A stretch of DNA of 61,277 nucleotides, from the NCBI GenBank assembly GCA_038063815.1, contig JBBTUJ010000001.1, positions 4,980-66,256 on the forward strand. The letters run 5' to 3'. The DNA comes from Patescibacteria group bacterium (GTDB taxonomy: Bacteria; Patescibacteriota; Minisyncoccia; Phycocordibacterales; EsbW-18). The first letter of the stretch is position 1. The number at the start of each line of letters is the position of its first letter. The position numbers and the translations under genes were made by a program. This document shows, in pieces, positions 29,444 through 38,567 of this stretch. The notes beneath the pieces are model-generated. The model had not been told where the DNA came from and ran no database searches. It was given only the letters and a program-made list of their open reading frames with translations.

Positions 29444-32305
29444 ATGTATCCCACCCTTCGAGAAATACGCAAACGCACGGGTCAGGTCGTTCCTTTTGAG
29501 GCAGAAAAGATAACTCGCGCTATCGAAAAAGCGTTTGAGTGTACTCTCGGGGACGATCACAAGACCGATACGGAGGCGATTGCCAATATTGTCCTTAAAG
29601 ATTTGGAAGTGCGTATCCGAACGGTAGGGGAGTCATATGTTCCTGCTGTCGAAGAGGTGCAGGATCTTGTTGAGCGCGCGATAATGCAGAAGGGATTCTT
29701 CACTGTTGCGAAGGCGTACATCGTCTATCGATACGAACACCAGAAGATTCGAGAGCAGAAAAAAGAAGTACTGCAGAAAAGGATCGCGAAGAAAGAATTC
29801 CTCATTAAAAAACTCGACGGACGCACAGAAACATTCTCACTTGAAAAAATAGAAAAAGCGTTTCTCCGCAGTGCTCGTGGTATCGAAAAAGATATTGATA
29901 TCAAAATGCTTCTCGAGCAGTCACAACGAGAGGTGTATGAAGGAATGACGACGCGTGACATCTCACAGATGCTTGTCTTGGTCGCACGCTCGTTCATTGA
30001 GCGCGATTCCGCATATACGCTTCTCGCATCGCGTTTGCTTCTTGAAACAACCGTCTACCGAGATGCGATTGGATACACAGAAGTGCTCTCACCAGAATTC
30101 GCGGGGCAGTATCGAGAAGCATTTATACAAAATACTCACCGCGGGATTGAGCTCAACCTGCTTGATGGGCGCTTGGCCTCGTTTGATCTCCGAAAGATTG
30201 CTGATGCGATCGCCCCTGAGAGGGACGACCTTTTGCGATACCTGGGGACGCAGACCCTTTTTGACCGATACTTTGTCCGTGACAAGACAAACCCCAATAA
30301 CTACCGCATTCTCGAGGCACCGCAGATGATGTGGATGCGGGTTGCAATGGGGTTGTCGCTTCTTGAAGAAAAGAAGGAGGAACGCGCAATCGAGTTTTAT
30401 AATCTCATGTCGACGCTCCGGTATGTGCCCTCGACACCCACCCTATTCAACGCGGGCACACCGTATTCGCAGCTCTCTTCGTGTTATTTGGGTGTTACGG
30501 GAGATGATCTCCATAGTATCTTCAAGGCGTACGAAGACTACTCACACCTTGCAAAACACAGCGGAGGCATCGGATACAGTTGGACGAAACTCCGCGCAAC
30601 AGGCGCACGTGTTAAAAGTACAGGAGTTGAAAGTAACGGTGTTGTTCCGTTTTTGAAAATTCTTGACTCAACGGTTGTTGCTATCAACAGAAGCGGGCGT
30701 CGACGTGGCGCTTGTGCAGTCTATCTTGAGCCCTGGCATGCGGATGTCGAAGAGTTCATCGAACTTCGCAAAAATACGGGAGATGAGCGCCGTCGGACAC
30801 CTGACATCAACACGGCACTCTGGATTCCCGATGAGTTCATGAAGCGTGTACGCGATGACAGAGAATGGACGCTCTTTTCTCCCGACGAGACACCTGATCT
30901 TGTAGATCTCTACGGTGCAGCATTTAGCAAACGATATGCTGAGTATGAAGCAAGGGCAGAGAAAGGGGAGATGCGGCTTTCAAGACGGATGCAAGCGCGA
31001 GATTTGTGGAAAAAAATGTTGACACAACTTTTTGAAACAGGACATCCGTGGGTGACGTTTAAAGACGCATCAAACATACGAAGTCCGCAGGATCATATGG
31101 GCACCATTCATAGCTCGAATTTGTGCACAGAGATCACATTGAACACGAGCGCGGATGATGAGGTCGCCGTGTGCAACCTAGGATCGATTAATCTTACCGA
31201 ACACGTCGTAAACGGAACGTTGAGCGAGGATTTGATACAAGAGACAACGGTCCTTGCGGTCCGTATGCTCGATAACGTCATTGATCTAAACTACTACCCG
31301 ATTCCCGAAACAAAGAAGTCGAATATGCGGCACCGGCCTATCGGGCTCGGTATCATGGGCTTTCAGGACGCTCTGTATCTTCAGAATATCCCCTTTGAGT
31401 CGAAAGAATGCATCACATTTGCCGATGAGAGCATGGAGATGATCTCGTACTACGCGATTCTTGCATCATCTCTTCTTGCGCAGGAACGCGGAGCGTATGA
31501 AACATACGAAGGATCGAAGTGGCACCGAGGTATTTTCCCCGTAGACACACTCGATCTTCTCGAAAAAGACCGTGGTGAGAAGATTACGCTCCCAAGAACA
31601 GAGCGTATGGATTGGAGTATTGTGCGCGACTCAGTAAAAAAATACGGCATGCGGAATTCAAATTGTCTTGCGATGGCCCCAACCGCGACGATTGCAAACA
31701 TTGCTGGCTGTTTCCCGACGATAGAGCCGATTTACAAGAATATCTATGTAAAATCGAATATTAGCGGTGAGTTCATCCTTGTGAACGAGTATCTCGTCCG
31801 TGATCTCAAAAAAGAAGGGCTGTGGAACAGCGAGATGCTTGAGATACTCAAGGGTGTTGACGGAGATCTCTCTCGTGTTTCAAGTGTTCCGTCGTGGATC
31901 AAAGAACGCCACAGAGAAGTGTTTGCCATCGATCCTCAATTCTTGGTCACCGCCGCAGCGCATCGCGGACAGTGGATTGATCAGAGCCAATCTCTGAACA
32001 TCTTTTTCTCGGGCACATCGGGCTCACAACTCTCTGATGTGTATCTCTCGGCGTGGCAGCAGGGAATAAAGACGACGTACTATCTCCGCACACTTGCTGC
32101 GTCCGGTGTTGAAAAAAGCACGGTTACGCTTGAAAAACAGAACCTCGCACCGGAAGTCCGTGAACGCCTAATCGCACAGGAAGCGGTTGACAGCATCAAG
32201 TCGACCATTGTTCCGGAAGAATCTGTTCCGGTTCATGCGACGTCTTCGGGTCCTGCGCTTAAACTCTGCAAGATTGACGACCCAGATTGCCAGGCGTGCC
32301 AGTGA
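29444..32305 (+). CDS. nrdA: Ribonucleoside-diphosphate reductase alpha subunit (class I), two N-terminal ATP cones
   Basis: Two ATP-cone-like segments (IRKRTGQVVPFEAEKI; IKKLDGRTETFSLEKI), PSTPTLFNAGT, SNLCTEI, MAPTATIA, TTYYLR and a C-terminal CxxC. No intein seen. Confidence 0.97.
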   Translation: MYPTLREIRKRTGQVVPFEAEKITRAIEKAFECTLGDDHKTDTEAIANIVLKDLEVRIRTVGESYVPAVEEVQDLVERAIMQKGFFTVAKAYIVYRYEHQKIREQKKEVLQKRIAKKEFLIKKLDGRTETFSLEKIEKAFLRSARGIEKDIDIKMLLEQSQREVYEGMTTRDISQMLVLVARSFIERDSAYTLLASRLLLETTVYRDAIGYTEVLSPEFAGQYREAFIQNTHRGIELNLLDGRLASFDLRKIADAIAPERDDLLRYLGTQTLFDRYFVRDKTNPNNYRILEAPQMMWMRVAMGLSLLEEKKEERAIEFYNLMSTLRYVPSTPTLFNAGTPYSQLSSCYLGVTGDDLHSIFKAYEDYSHLAKHSGGIGYSWTKLRATGARVKSTGVESNGVVPFLKILDSTVVAINRSGRRRGACAVYLEPWHADVEEFIELRKNTGDERRRTPDINTALWIPDEFMKRVRDDREWTLFSPDETPDLVDLYGAAFSKRYAEYEARAEKGEMRLSRRMQARDLWKKMLTQLFETGHPWVTFKDASNIRSPQDHMGTIHSSNLCTEITLNTSADDEVAVCNLGSINLTEHVVNGTLSEDLIQETTVLAVRMLDNVIDLNYYPIPETKKSNMRHRPIGLGIMGFQDALYLQNIPFESKECITFADESMEMISYYAILASSLLAQERGAYETYEGSKWHRGIFPVDTLDLLEKDRGEKITLPRTERMDWSIVRDSVKKYGMRNSNCLAMAPTATIANIAGCFPTIEPIYKNIYVKSNISGEFILVNEYLVRDLKKEGLWNSEMLEILKGVDGDLSRVSSVPSWIKERHREVFAIDPQFLVTAAAHRGQWIDQSQSLNIFFSGTSGSQLSDVYLSAWQQGIKTTYYLRTLAASGVEKSTVTLEKQNLAPEVRERLIAQEAVDSIKSTIVPEESVPVHATSSGPALKLCKIDDPDCQACQ

Positions 32306-32357
32306 TTCGTTTATAAGGTTTTCATCCACAGAGCATGTGTGCTCGTCTAAAAATACT

Positions 32358-33365
32358 ATGGCCAAAAAACAAATAATAAACGCATCCGGCGTTGACCCCA
32401 ATAAAATCCTCCCCCTAACCTATCCGTGGGCTCGCCAGTACTACAAAACGGGCGTCGCAAACAACTGGGTTCCCGAAGAAGTATCCATGCAGCTTGATGT
32501 TGAGGCATGGAAAGCAAAAGGAGAGAAAGGAATCACTGAAGATGAGCGGCGGATGATACTCTATAACCTCGGGTTTTTCTCAACCGCTGAATCTTTGACT
32601 GCGAACAATATTGTTCTTGCTATCTACCGACATGTAACGAATCCAGAATGTCGACAATATCTCCTTCGGCAAGGATACGAAGAAGCGATCCACACGGACA
32701 CGTTTATCTATTCATGTGACACGTTGGGGCTTGATCCCGATACGGTCTACAACATGTATATGACGATCCCCTCGATCAGAGAAAAAGACGAGTTTGTTGT
32801 TGAGATGACAAAATCGGTCCTTGATCCCACCTTTATCACGCAGGGAACAGAGAACATCCAGCGGTTCGTAAATGATCTTGTTGGCTTCTACGTCATCATG
32901 GAGGGCATCTTTTTCTATGCGGGGTTTGCCATGATGCTCTCACTTCTTCGCCGTCAAAAAATGACAGGGATTGGGGAACAATTCCAATTTATTCTTCGTG
33001 ACGAGACAATCCACCTTGCGTTTGGAACGCAGCTCATCAATACCATCATTGAAGAGAATCCGGATATCTGGACAGCAAGCTTTAAAGATAATCTTACACA
33101 GAGAATTACACGTGGTGTTGAACTCGAGAAACAGTATGCGTTTGACGCATTGCCAAAGGGGGTCGTCGGACTTACACCAGATTCGATTGCTGAATACATC
33201 GAACACATCGCAGATCGTCGACTTGAACGCATTGGCTTGAAAACAGTGTATGGAACAAAGAACCCGTTCCCGTGGATGAGCGAGATTATCGATGCGCGGA
33301 AGGAGAAGAACTTTTTTGAGACACGCGTAACGGAATACAAGACGGGGGGACAACTTGAGTGGTGA
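32358..33365 (+). CDS. nrdB: Ribonucleoside-diphosphate reductase beta subunit
   Basis: NNWVPEEV, EEAIHTDTF, MEGIFFYAGF, DETIHLAFG and EKNFFETRVTEY. Confidence 0.96.
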   Translation: MAKKQIINASGVDPNKILPLTYPWARQYYKTGVANNWVPEEVSMQLDVEAWKAKGEKGITEDERRMILYNLGFFSTAESLTANNIVLAIYRHVTNPECRQYLLRQGYEEAIHTDTFIYSCDTLGLDPDTVYNMYMTIPSIREKDEFVVEMTKSVLDPTFITQGTENIQRFVNDLVGFYVIMEGIFFYAGFAMMLSLLRRQKMTGIGEQFQFILRDETIHLAFGTQLINTIIEENPDIWTASFKDNLTQRITRGVELEKQYAFDALPKGVVGLTPDSIAEYIEHIADRRLERIGLKTVYGTKNPFPWMSEIIDARKEKNFFETRVTEYKTGGQLEW

Positions 33366-33420
33366 AAACCACAAAATCCAAATACTTGCAAAACTGAGGG
33401 AGGAAAGTATACTCCGTCTA

Positions 33421-33846
33421 GTTTGCATTGGGCAGATGCGCCCCGCCTCGGCGGGGTGAGGAAAGTCCGAACACTCTCTTCGTAGCAATACGAAGAAACA
33501 AGGTAACGGGTAACGCCCGTCCGGAGCAATCCGTGAGGTGCGAACAGTGACGTTCTTTTTCGAAAGGGAAAGAACACCCTTCGGGGTGAATCCTTATGGA
33601 AACATGAGGAGTGAAACGGCCAAATCCTTACCCGAGTGCAAGGCCGCGTCAGCTTGCGCTTCGCACAAGAACCGACAACCAACGACAGACGACCCACAAG
33701 AGAATCCAAATTCTTGTTGTGTGTTGTAGGTTATACGTTGTTTGTTCCTGCGCGGAGCGCAGGTTGAAGAGCCGCTTGACCCCGAGAGTAATCGCGGGGC
33801 TAGATACATGTCTGTCGATAACAGAATTCGGCTTATAGATGCAAAC
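33421..33846 (+). ncRNA. rnpB: RNase P RNA (with a heptad-repeat hairpin insertion)
   Basis: GAGGAAAGTCCG near the 5' end, AACAGAATTCGGCTTATAG near the 3' end, and terminal P1 pairing gtttgcat/atgcaaac. Confidence 0.95.
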
Positions 33847-33922
33847 ATCATCATGGCCACCCGCACACCGCGGGTGGTTGTGTTTTCTGCTACTATATAT
33901 ATGTAATGACCACGGTTTCTGT

Positions 33923-35605
33923 ATGGTCCGTCGAATCCTTTCATTCTTCTCGCAAACAACGACGACATTAAACGCCGCCGCATACGTTATTGCTGGCTTT
34001 GCTCTCGCCTCTCAAATATTGGGAATCGTGCGCGACCGTATACTTGCACACATCTTTGGTGCAAGCCCCACCTTGGACGTCTACTATGCGGCATTTCGAG
34101 TCCCCGATCTCATCTTTGTTTCGATTGCTTCTATCGTATCTCTCTTCATACTCATCCCGTTTCTCTCCGAAGCCCTCAAAAATGGTGGGAAAGAGGCGGC
34201 ACGACAATTCCTTTCAGAGGTGAGTACGGTGTTTTTTGTGTTCATTATCGTCGCAAGTGCCATTGTGTGGTGGTTTGCACCTCACCTCTCGCAGATTCTC
34301 TACCCTGGTTTTGATGGGCATCAACACGAGACGCTTGTCGAACTCATGCGCATTCTCCTTCTTTCTCCTATTCTTCTCGGACTCTCAAACATTTTCTCGA
34401 GTGCAACACAGCTCATGCACCGATTTACGATTTATGCGCTTTCGCCGGTTCTCTACAACATAGGCATCATTGTAGGTATCATCTTTTTCTATCCATCCCT
34501 CGGTCTTTCGGGGATTGGATGGGGGGTCGTCCTTGGAGCGGCTCTTCACCTTCTCGTGCAAATCCCCGTGGTACGAAAAGATGGATTACTGCCGCGGCCA
34601 ACACTTCGCATCAAGGGCGCACACATACTTCGAGTTGTTCTTTTATCTTTGCCGCGGACGCTCACACTCTCACTGAATCAAATCGTGCTGGTGGTTCTTG
34701 TTGGTATTGCGTCAACCCTTTCTCCTGGCTCAGTGACCATCTTTACGTTCGCATCGAATCTTTATTCAGCACCACTCACCCTGATTGGTGTCTCATATTC
34801 TGTTGCCGCGTTTCCAACCCTCTCGCGGCTTTTTTCAACAGGGGAGCGCGTCGCCTTTCTTGAACAGCTCATCGACGCTTTGCGGCAGATTATTTTTTGG
34901 TCTCTCCCTGCGCTTGTCGCTACCATCGTCCTTCGTGCACACATCGTTCGCGCGCTTTTGGGGTCCGGAGCATTCGATTGGTCTGCGACTCGATTGACCG
35001 CGGCGGCACTTGCGATTCTTGCGGTCTCTCTCGTTGCGCACGGGGTCATTCTTTTGTTCGTGCGTGCCTATTATGCGACCGGAAGGACGATGCGTCCTTT
35101 TCTTATTACTACTGGAGGATCAATCCTCACCGTACTCTCTGCCTATGGCGGCCTTCTCTTATTTCAAAAGATTCCCGCGTTTCATTTTTTTATTGAAGCG
35201 CTGTTGCGTGTTATTGATGTGCCGGGTACGGCGATTCTTGTTCTTGCGGGAGGTTATTCAATCGGTCTTATATGTTCGGCGATTATTTTTTGGATTATTT
35301 TCCGACGTGATTTTGAGGGAGAGATCCCTTCCGGTGTTGTCCGTTCTTTTTGGCAAAACACTGCGGCCTCAATGATCGCTGGGGCAGTCATGTACGTAGT
35401 GCTTCGGGCGACAGAAGGAAGGTTCCTTCTCGACACATTTGGAAGCGTTGTCGGGCACGCGCTCCTCGCGGGAATCTTGGGATGTGCCGCATGGGTCTTC
35501 ATGCTTATTGTTCTTAAGAACTTGGAATTCGGGGAACTCATAGGAACGCTTCGTGCGCGTTTCTGGAGAACCGTTCCTATCCAACCTGGACCAGAAGAAC
35601 TCTAA
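33923..35605 (+). CDS. murJ: Lipid II flippase MurJ (MviN)
   Basis: 'SQILGIVRDRILAHIFGA...LDVYYAAFRVPDL', about 13-14 TM helices, 'VRAYYA'. Start placed at ATG 33923. Confidence 0.93.
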   Translation: MVRRILSFFSQTTTTLNAAAYVIAGFALASQILGIVRDRILAHIFGASPTLDVYYAAFRVPDLIFVSIASIVSLFILIPFLSEALKNGGKEAARQFLSEVSTVFFVFIIVASAIVWWFAPHLSQILYPGFDGHQHETLVELMRILLLSPILLGLSNIFSSATQLMHRFTIYALSPVLYNIGIIVGIIFFYPSLGLSGIGWGVVLGAALHLLVQIPVVRKDGLLPRPTLRIKGAHILRVVLLSLPRTLTLSLNQIVLVVLVGIASTLSPGSVTIFTFASNLYSAPLTLIGVSYSVAAFPTLSRLFSTGERVAFLEQLIDALRQIIFWSLPALVATIVLRAHIVRALLGSGAFDWSATRLTAAALAILAVSLVAHGVILLFVRAYYATGRTMRPFLITTGGSILTVLSAYGGLLLFQKIPAFHFFIEALLRVIDVPGTAILVLAGGYSIGLICSAIIFWIIFRRDFEGEIPSGVVRSFWQNTAASMIAGAVMYVVLRATEGRFLLDTFGSVVGHALLAGILGCAAWVFMLIVLKNLEFGELIGTLRARFWRTVPIQPGPEEL

Positions 35606-35645
35606 GGGAGGTCGTGGGAGCGTTTTTCTGGTAGGATAAGCGTCT

Positions 35646-37499
35646 ATGGATGCTCGCAGAATACGGAATTTCTCTATTATCGCTCATATCGACCACGGAA
35701 AATCGACCCTCGCGGATCGGCTTCTTGAACACACGAAAACAATCGATAAGCGGCAGATGCGCGAGCAGGTGCTTGATTCGATGGACCTAGAGCGGGAGCG
35801 AGGTATAACCATAAAGATGGCTCCAGTGCGGATGGAATACACCTTGCCGGAAAATCCAAACACCAAAATCCAAAATCCAAGTTTGGAATCTGGAGCTTGG
35901 AATTTGGATTCTTCAGATTCAAGACGATATGTCTTGAATCTGATTGACACACCGGGGCACATCGATTTTTCATACGAGGTCTCGCGTGCCTTGACGGCTG
36001 TTGAGGGCACGCTTCTCTTGGTTGACGCGACGCAAGGTGTTCAGGCACAAACGTTAACGACACTCGGTATGGCGAAGGAGCAGAGCCTCGTCATTATTCC
36101 TGTCGTATCAAAGATCGATGCTCCCCACGCACGAACAGACGATGTGATTCTTGAGATGGTTGATATCCTCTCGTGTTCTCCGGATGATGTTCTTCGTGTA
36201 TCGGGAAAGACAGGAGAGGGTGTTCCTGGACTCCTCGAAGCGATCATCTCGCGTATTCCGCCGCCCGAGCATCGAAAAGAGGGAACGCAAGCACTTGTTT
36301 TTGATTTTACATACTCGAATCACAGAGGAGTTGTTGTTCATGCGCGTGTTTTTGGCGGTTCGATTACCAGTCGCGACAAGATTCTTTTTGTTGCGGCGGG
36401 AGAAAAATTTATCGCAGGCGAAGTAGGCGTCTTCGTTCCTGGAGAACATCCAACCGACGCACTTTCCGAAGGGGAGATTGGATATATCGTAACGGGAATC
36501 AAGAAGCCGGGTATCGTGTCTGTGGGTGACACGCTGACGCTTGCGTCGCATCCTGCGCCAGCACTTCCGGGATATGCGGAACCGAAGCCCGTGGTGTGGG
36601 CAAGTATCTTTCCGGAGAGCCAGGACGATCTCCATTTTTTGCGACAATCTCTTGAGAAATTGCGCCTCTCTGATTCATCTCTTTCCTACGAAGAAGAAGC
36701 GTCGGGAACGTTGGGGCGCGGATTTCGCTGCGGATTTTTGGGGATGCTCCACCTTGAGATTGTGACGGAACGTTTGCGTCGTGAATCGAATCTTGCTCTT
36801 GTCGTGACAACACCCTCGATCACATATGAAGTCACATACAAAAATGGAAAAACAGAAGTAATCTACTCGCCGTCACTATTCCCGGACGAGGGGGAAACAA
36901 CGCTCATTCGTGAGCCGTGGCTCGCTGTCCACCTTTTGACGCCGGGAGCGTATGTAAGCGCACTCATGGCTGCCTTTCATGAGCATGAGGCGACAATCGA
37001 TGACTCGCGGACGTACCGTGACGGACGTCTCTCGTTCACACTCTCGATGCCGCTTCGAGAACTCATGCGTGGATTTTTTGATAGGGTGAAGAGCGCAACA
37101 TCTGGATACGCATCAATGTCATATGAACGGGTGGGCATGCGGGACGCAGAGGTGGTACGTCTTGATATTCTTGTCGCAGAAGAAGTTGTTCCCGCATTTT
37201 CGCGTGTTGTAGCCGAGAGAACAGTCGAAGAAGAAGGACGTAAAACGGTTGAAAAACTCAAGGATGTCCTCCCGCGTCAACTTTTTGTGACAAAGATCCA
37301 AGCACGCGCAAAGGGGAGGATTGTTGCATCAGAAACGCTTTCGGCTATGCGAAAAGACGTGACGGGGTACCTCTATGGAGGAGACGTCACACGAAAGATG
37401 AAACTTCTCGAGAAACAAAAACGAGGGAAAAAGAAGATGCTTGCTCGTGGGAAGGTGAATATTCCACACGAGGTATTTATTGAGATGGTGCGACGTTAG
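35646..37499 (+). CDS. lepA: Elongation factor 4 (LepA) with a ~22-aa in-frame repeat insertion
   Basis: RNFSIIAHIDHGKSTLADRL, LDSMDLERERGITIK, DTPGHIDF, GFRCGFLGMLH and KLLEKQKRGKK. Confidence 0.97.
   Translation: MDARRIRNFSIIAHIDHGKSTLADRLLEHTKTIDKRQMREQVLDSMDLERERGITIKMAPVRMEYTLPENPNTKIQNPSLESGAWNLDSSDSRRYVLNLIDTPGHIDFSYEVSRALTAVEGTLLLVDATQGVQAQTLTTLGMAKEQSLVIIPVVSKIDAPHARTDDVILEMVDILSCSPDDVLRVSGKTGEGVPGLLEAIISRIPPPEHRKEGTQALVFDFTYSNHRGVVVHARVFGGSITSRDKILFVAAGEKFIAGEVGVFVPGEHPTDALSEGEIGYIVTGIKKPGIVSVGDTLTLASHPAPALPGYAEPKPVVWASIFPESQDDLHFLRQSLEKLRLSDSSLSYEEEASGTLGRGFRCGFLGMLHLEIVTERLRRESNLALVVTTPSITYEVTYKNGKTEVIYSPSLFPDEGETTLIREPWLAVHLLTPGAYVSALMAAFHEHEATIDDSRTYRDGRLSFTLSMPLRELMRGFFDRVKSATSGYASMSYERVGMRDAEVVRLDILVAEEVVPAFSRVVAERTVEEEGRKTVEKLKDVLPRQLFVTKIQARAKGRIVASETLSAMRKDVTGYLYGGDVTRKMKLLEKQKRGKKKMLARGKVNIPHEVFIEMVRR
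35854..35909. repeat. 8 x 7-nt hairpin element inside lepA
   Basis: atccaaa-caccaaa-atccaaa-atccaag | tttggaa-tctggag-cttggaa-tttggat. Confidence 0.85.
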
Positions 37500-37507
37500 G
37501 ATTTTTT

Positions 37508-37618
37508 CTATCCAAACAAGGCGGGGGTGTAGAGGATAATCATGCTTATGATGACTGCAACGCAGAGAACCATCCAGATGATCTTCACGGCCTTTTGTGT
37601 TTTTTTGTGAAATAGCAT
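37508..37618 (-). CDS. Small single-TM protein (36 aa)
   Basis: MLFHKKTQKAVKIIWMVLCVAVIISMIILYTPALFG; basic N-terminus plus TM helix; not in the ORF track. Confidence 0.55.
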   Translation of the reverse strand: MLFHKKTQKAVKIIWMVLCVAVIISMIILYTPALFG

Positions 37619-37684
37619 GGAGATTTCGTGTTAGGTGCTTTATAGACGATTCCTACTATATACTAAAGAGCACATTTCATCCAT

Positions 37685-38080
37685 ATGTACCACTCTCCGA
37701 GAGTCGATTTCCACGAAAAGCAGCGTATGCGTCGCTGGCTCTATTCGAAGACCACGTTCGTGATTCTGGCGATTGCGATTGTGGTGGCCGGAATACAGGT
37801 GTGGGATATGTATCAAAAAGCACGTCTCACCAAAACACAGCTTGCGCAGACAGAGGAGGCGTATAAGAAATTACAGGAACGCGAGGCCTTTCTTTCTGAA
37901 GAGACAAGAGGACTTTCGACGGAGGCGGGTGTTGAGGCAAAATTACGTGCACGTTTTGGGGTTGCAAAAGAAGGGGAAGAGATCGTTGTGATTTTAGAGG
38001 ATACAGAAAACGATGAAAGTGTAGAAACTTTTTCATGGTGGCAGAGGGTGTGGCGATGGATGCGAGGAGATGAGGAATAA
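37685..38080 (+). CDS. Septum formation initiator family protein (FtsB/DivIC-like)
   Basis: TM helix, coiled coil, and 'GVEAKLRARFGVAKEGEEIVVI'. Confidence 0.8.
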   Translation: MYHSPRVDFHEKQRMRRWLYSKTTFVILAIAIVVAGIQVWDMYQKARLTKTQLAQTEEAYKKLQEREAFLSEETRGLSTEAGVEAKLRARFGVAKEGEEIVVILEDTENDESVETFSWWQRVWRWMRGDEE

Positions 38081-38240
38081 AAAGCGGGATTAGCCCTGCA
38101 CTCAACTTGTCATGGCGCTTTGCGCAAGAGGGGATGACAAGATTGAGTGCTCGGGTAAATGTAGTGGTAAGGGTGATGCTTCTTTCCGATTTACACACGA
38201 GCAAAGCGAGTGTATTGTAAATCGCAATCCCTACAATTTT

Positions 38241-38311
38241 GCGAGTGTAGTTCAGTGGTAGAATGAATGCTTCCCAAGCATTAGGCGCGGGTCCGATTCC
38301 CGCCACTCGCA
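38241..38311 (+). tRNA. tRNA-Gly(CCC)
   Basis: Acceptor GCGAGTG/CACTCGC, anticodon arm aatgc-ttcccaa-gcatt, T arm gcggg-tccgatt-cccgc. Confidence 0.9.
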
Positions 38312-38328
38312 TCTGTTCGCAAAATTGT

Positions 38329-38372
38329 GCGGGATCAAGCGAGAGATGCGAGTTCGATTCTCGCATCCCGCA
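38329..38372 (+). other. tRNA minihelix-like remnant (acceptor stem plus T arm only)
   Basis: GCGGGAT-N12-GCGAG-TTCGATT-CTCGC-ATCCCGC-A, with no D or anticodon arm. Confidence 0.6.
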
Positions 38373-38393
38373 CAGGTTAGTGCTAATTCAAGT

Positions 38394-38405
38394 GACCGAA
38401 CGGCC
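38394..38405. repeat. Candidate attL core
   Basis: GACCGAACGGCC, identical to 54796-54807; quasi-symmetric around a central AA. Confidence 0.55.
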
Positions 38406-38567
38406 CCGTGCTTTTAGGTCGTATTTTGAGTGTCCAGTTCGGTTCCTAAAAACTTCGCCCCAGCTGAAAATAGAACCTTAACTAGGCAATATCTCTACCA
38501 TTTCCTTCGTCCTTACCTCGTTGTTGTTACTTGAAGTTAGTTAAAGGTGGTAGAATTTCGCTAACAC

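Noticed and set aside
10196-32305. Inteins or introns in gyrA, clpB or nrdA
   Set aside because: Lengths and motif spacing are normal; no C/S...HN splice motifs or LAGLIDADG blocks were seen. The extra length of nrdA is explained by a second ATP cone.
32954-33983. ORFs 32954-33709, 32940-33488 and 33594-33983
   Set aside because: They are antisense to nrdB and rnpB, with no protein motifs; shadow frames.
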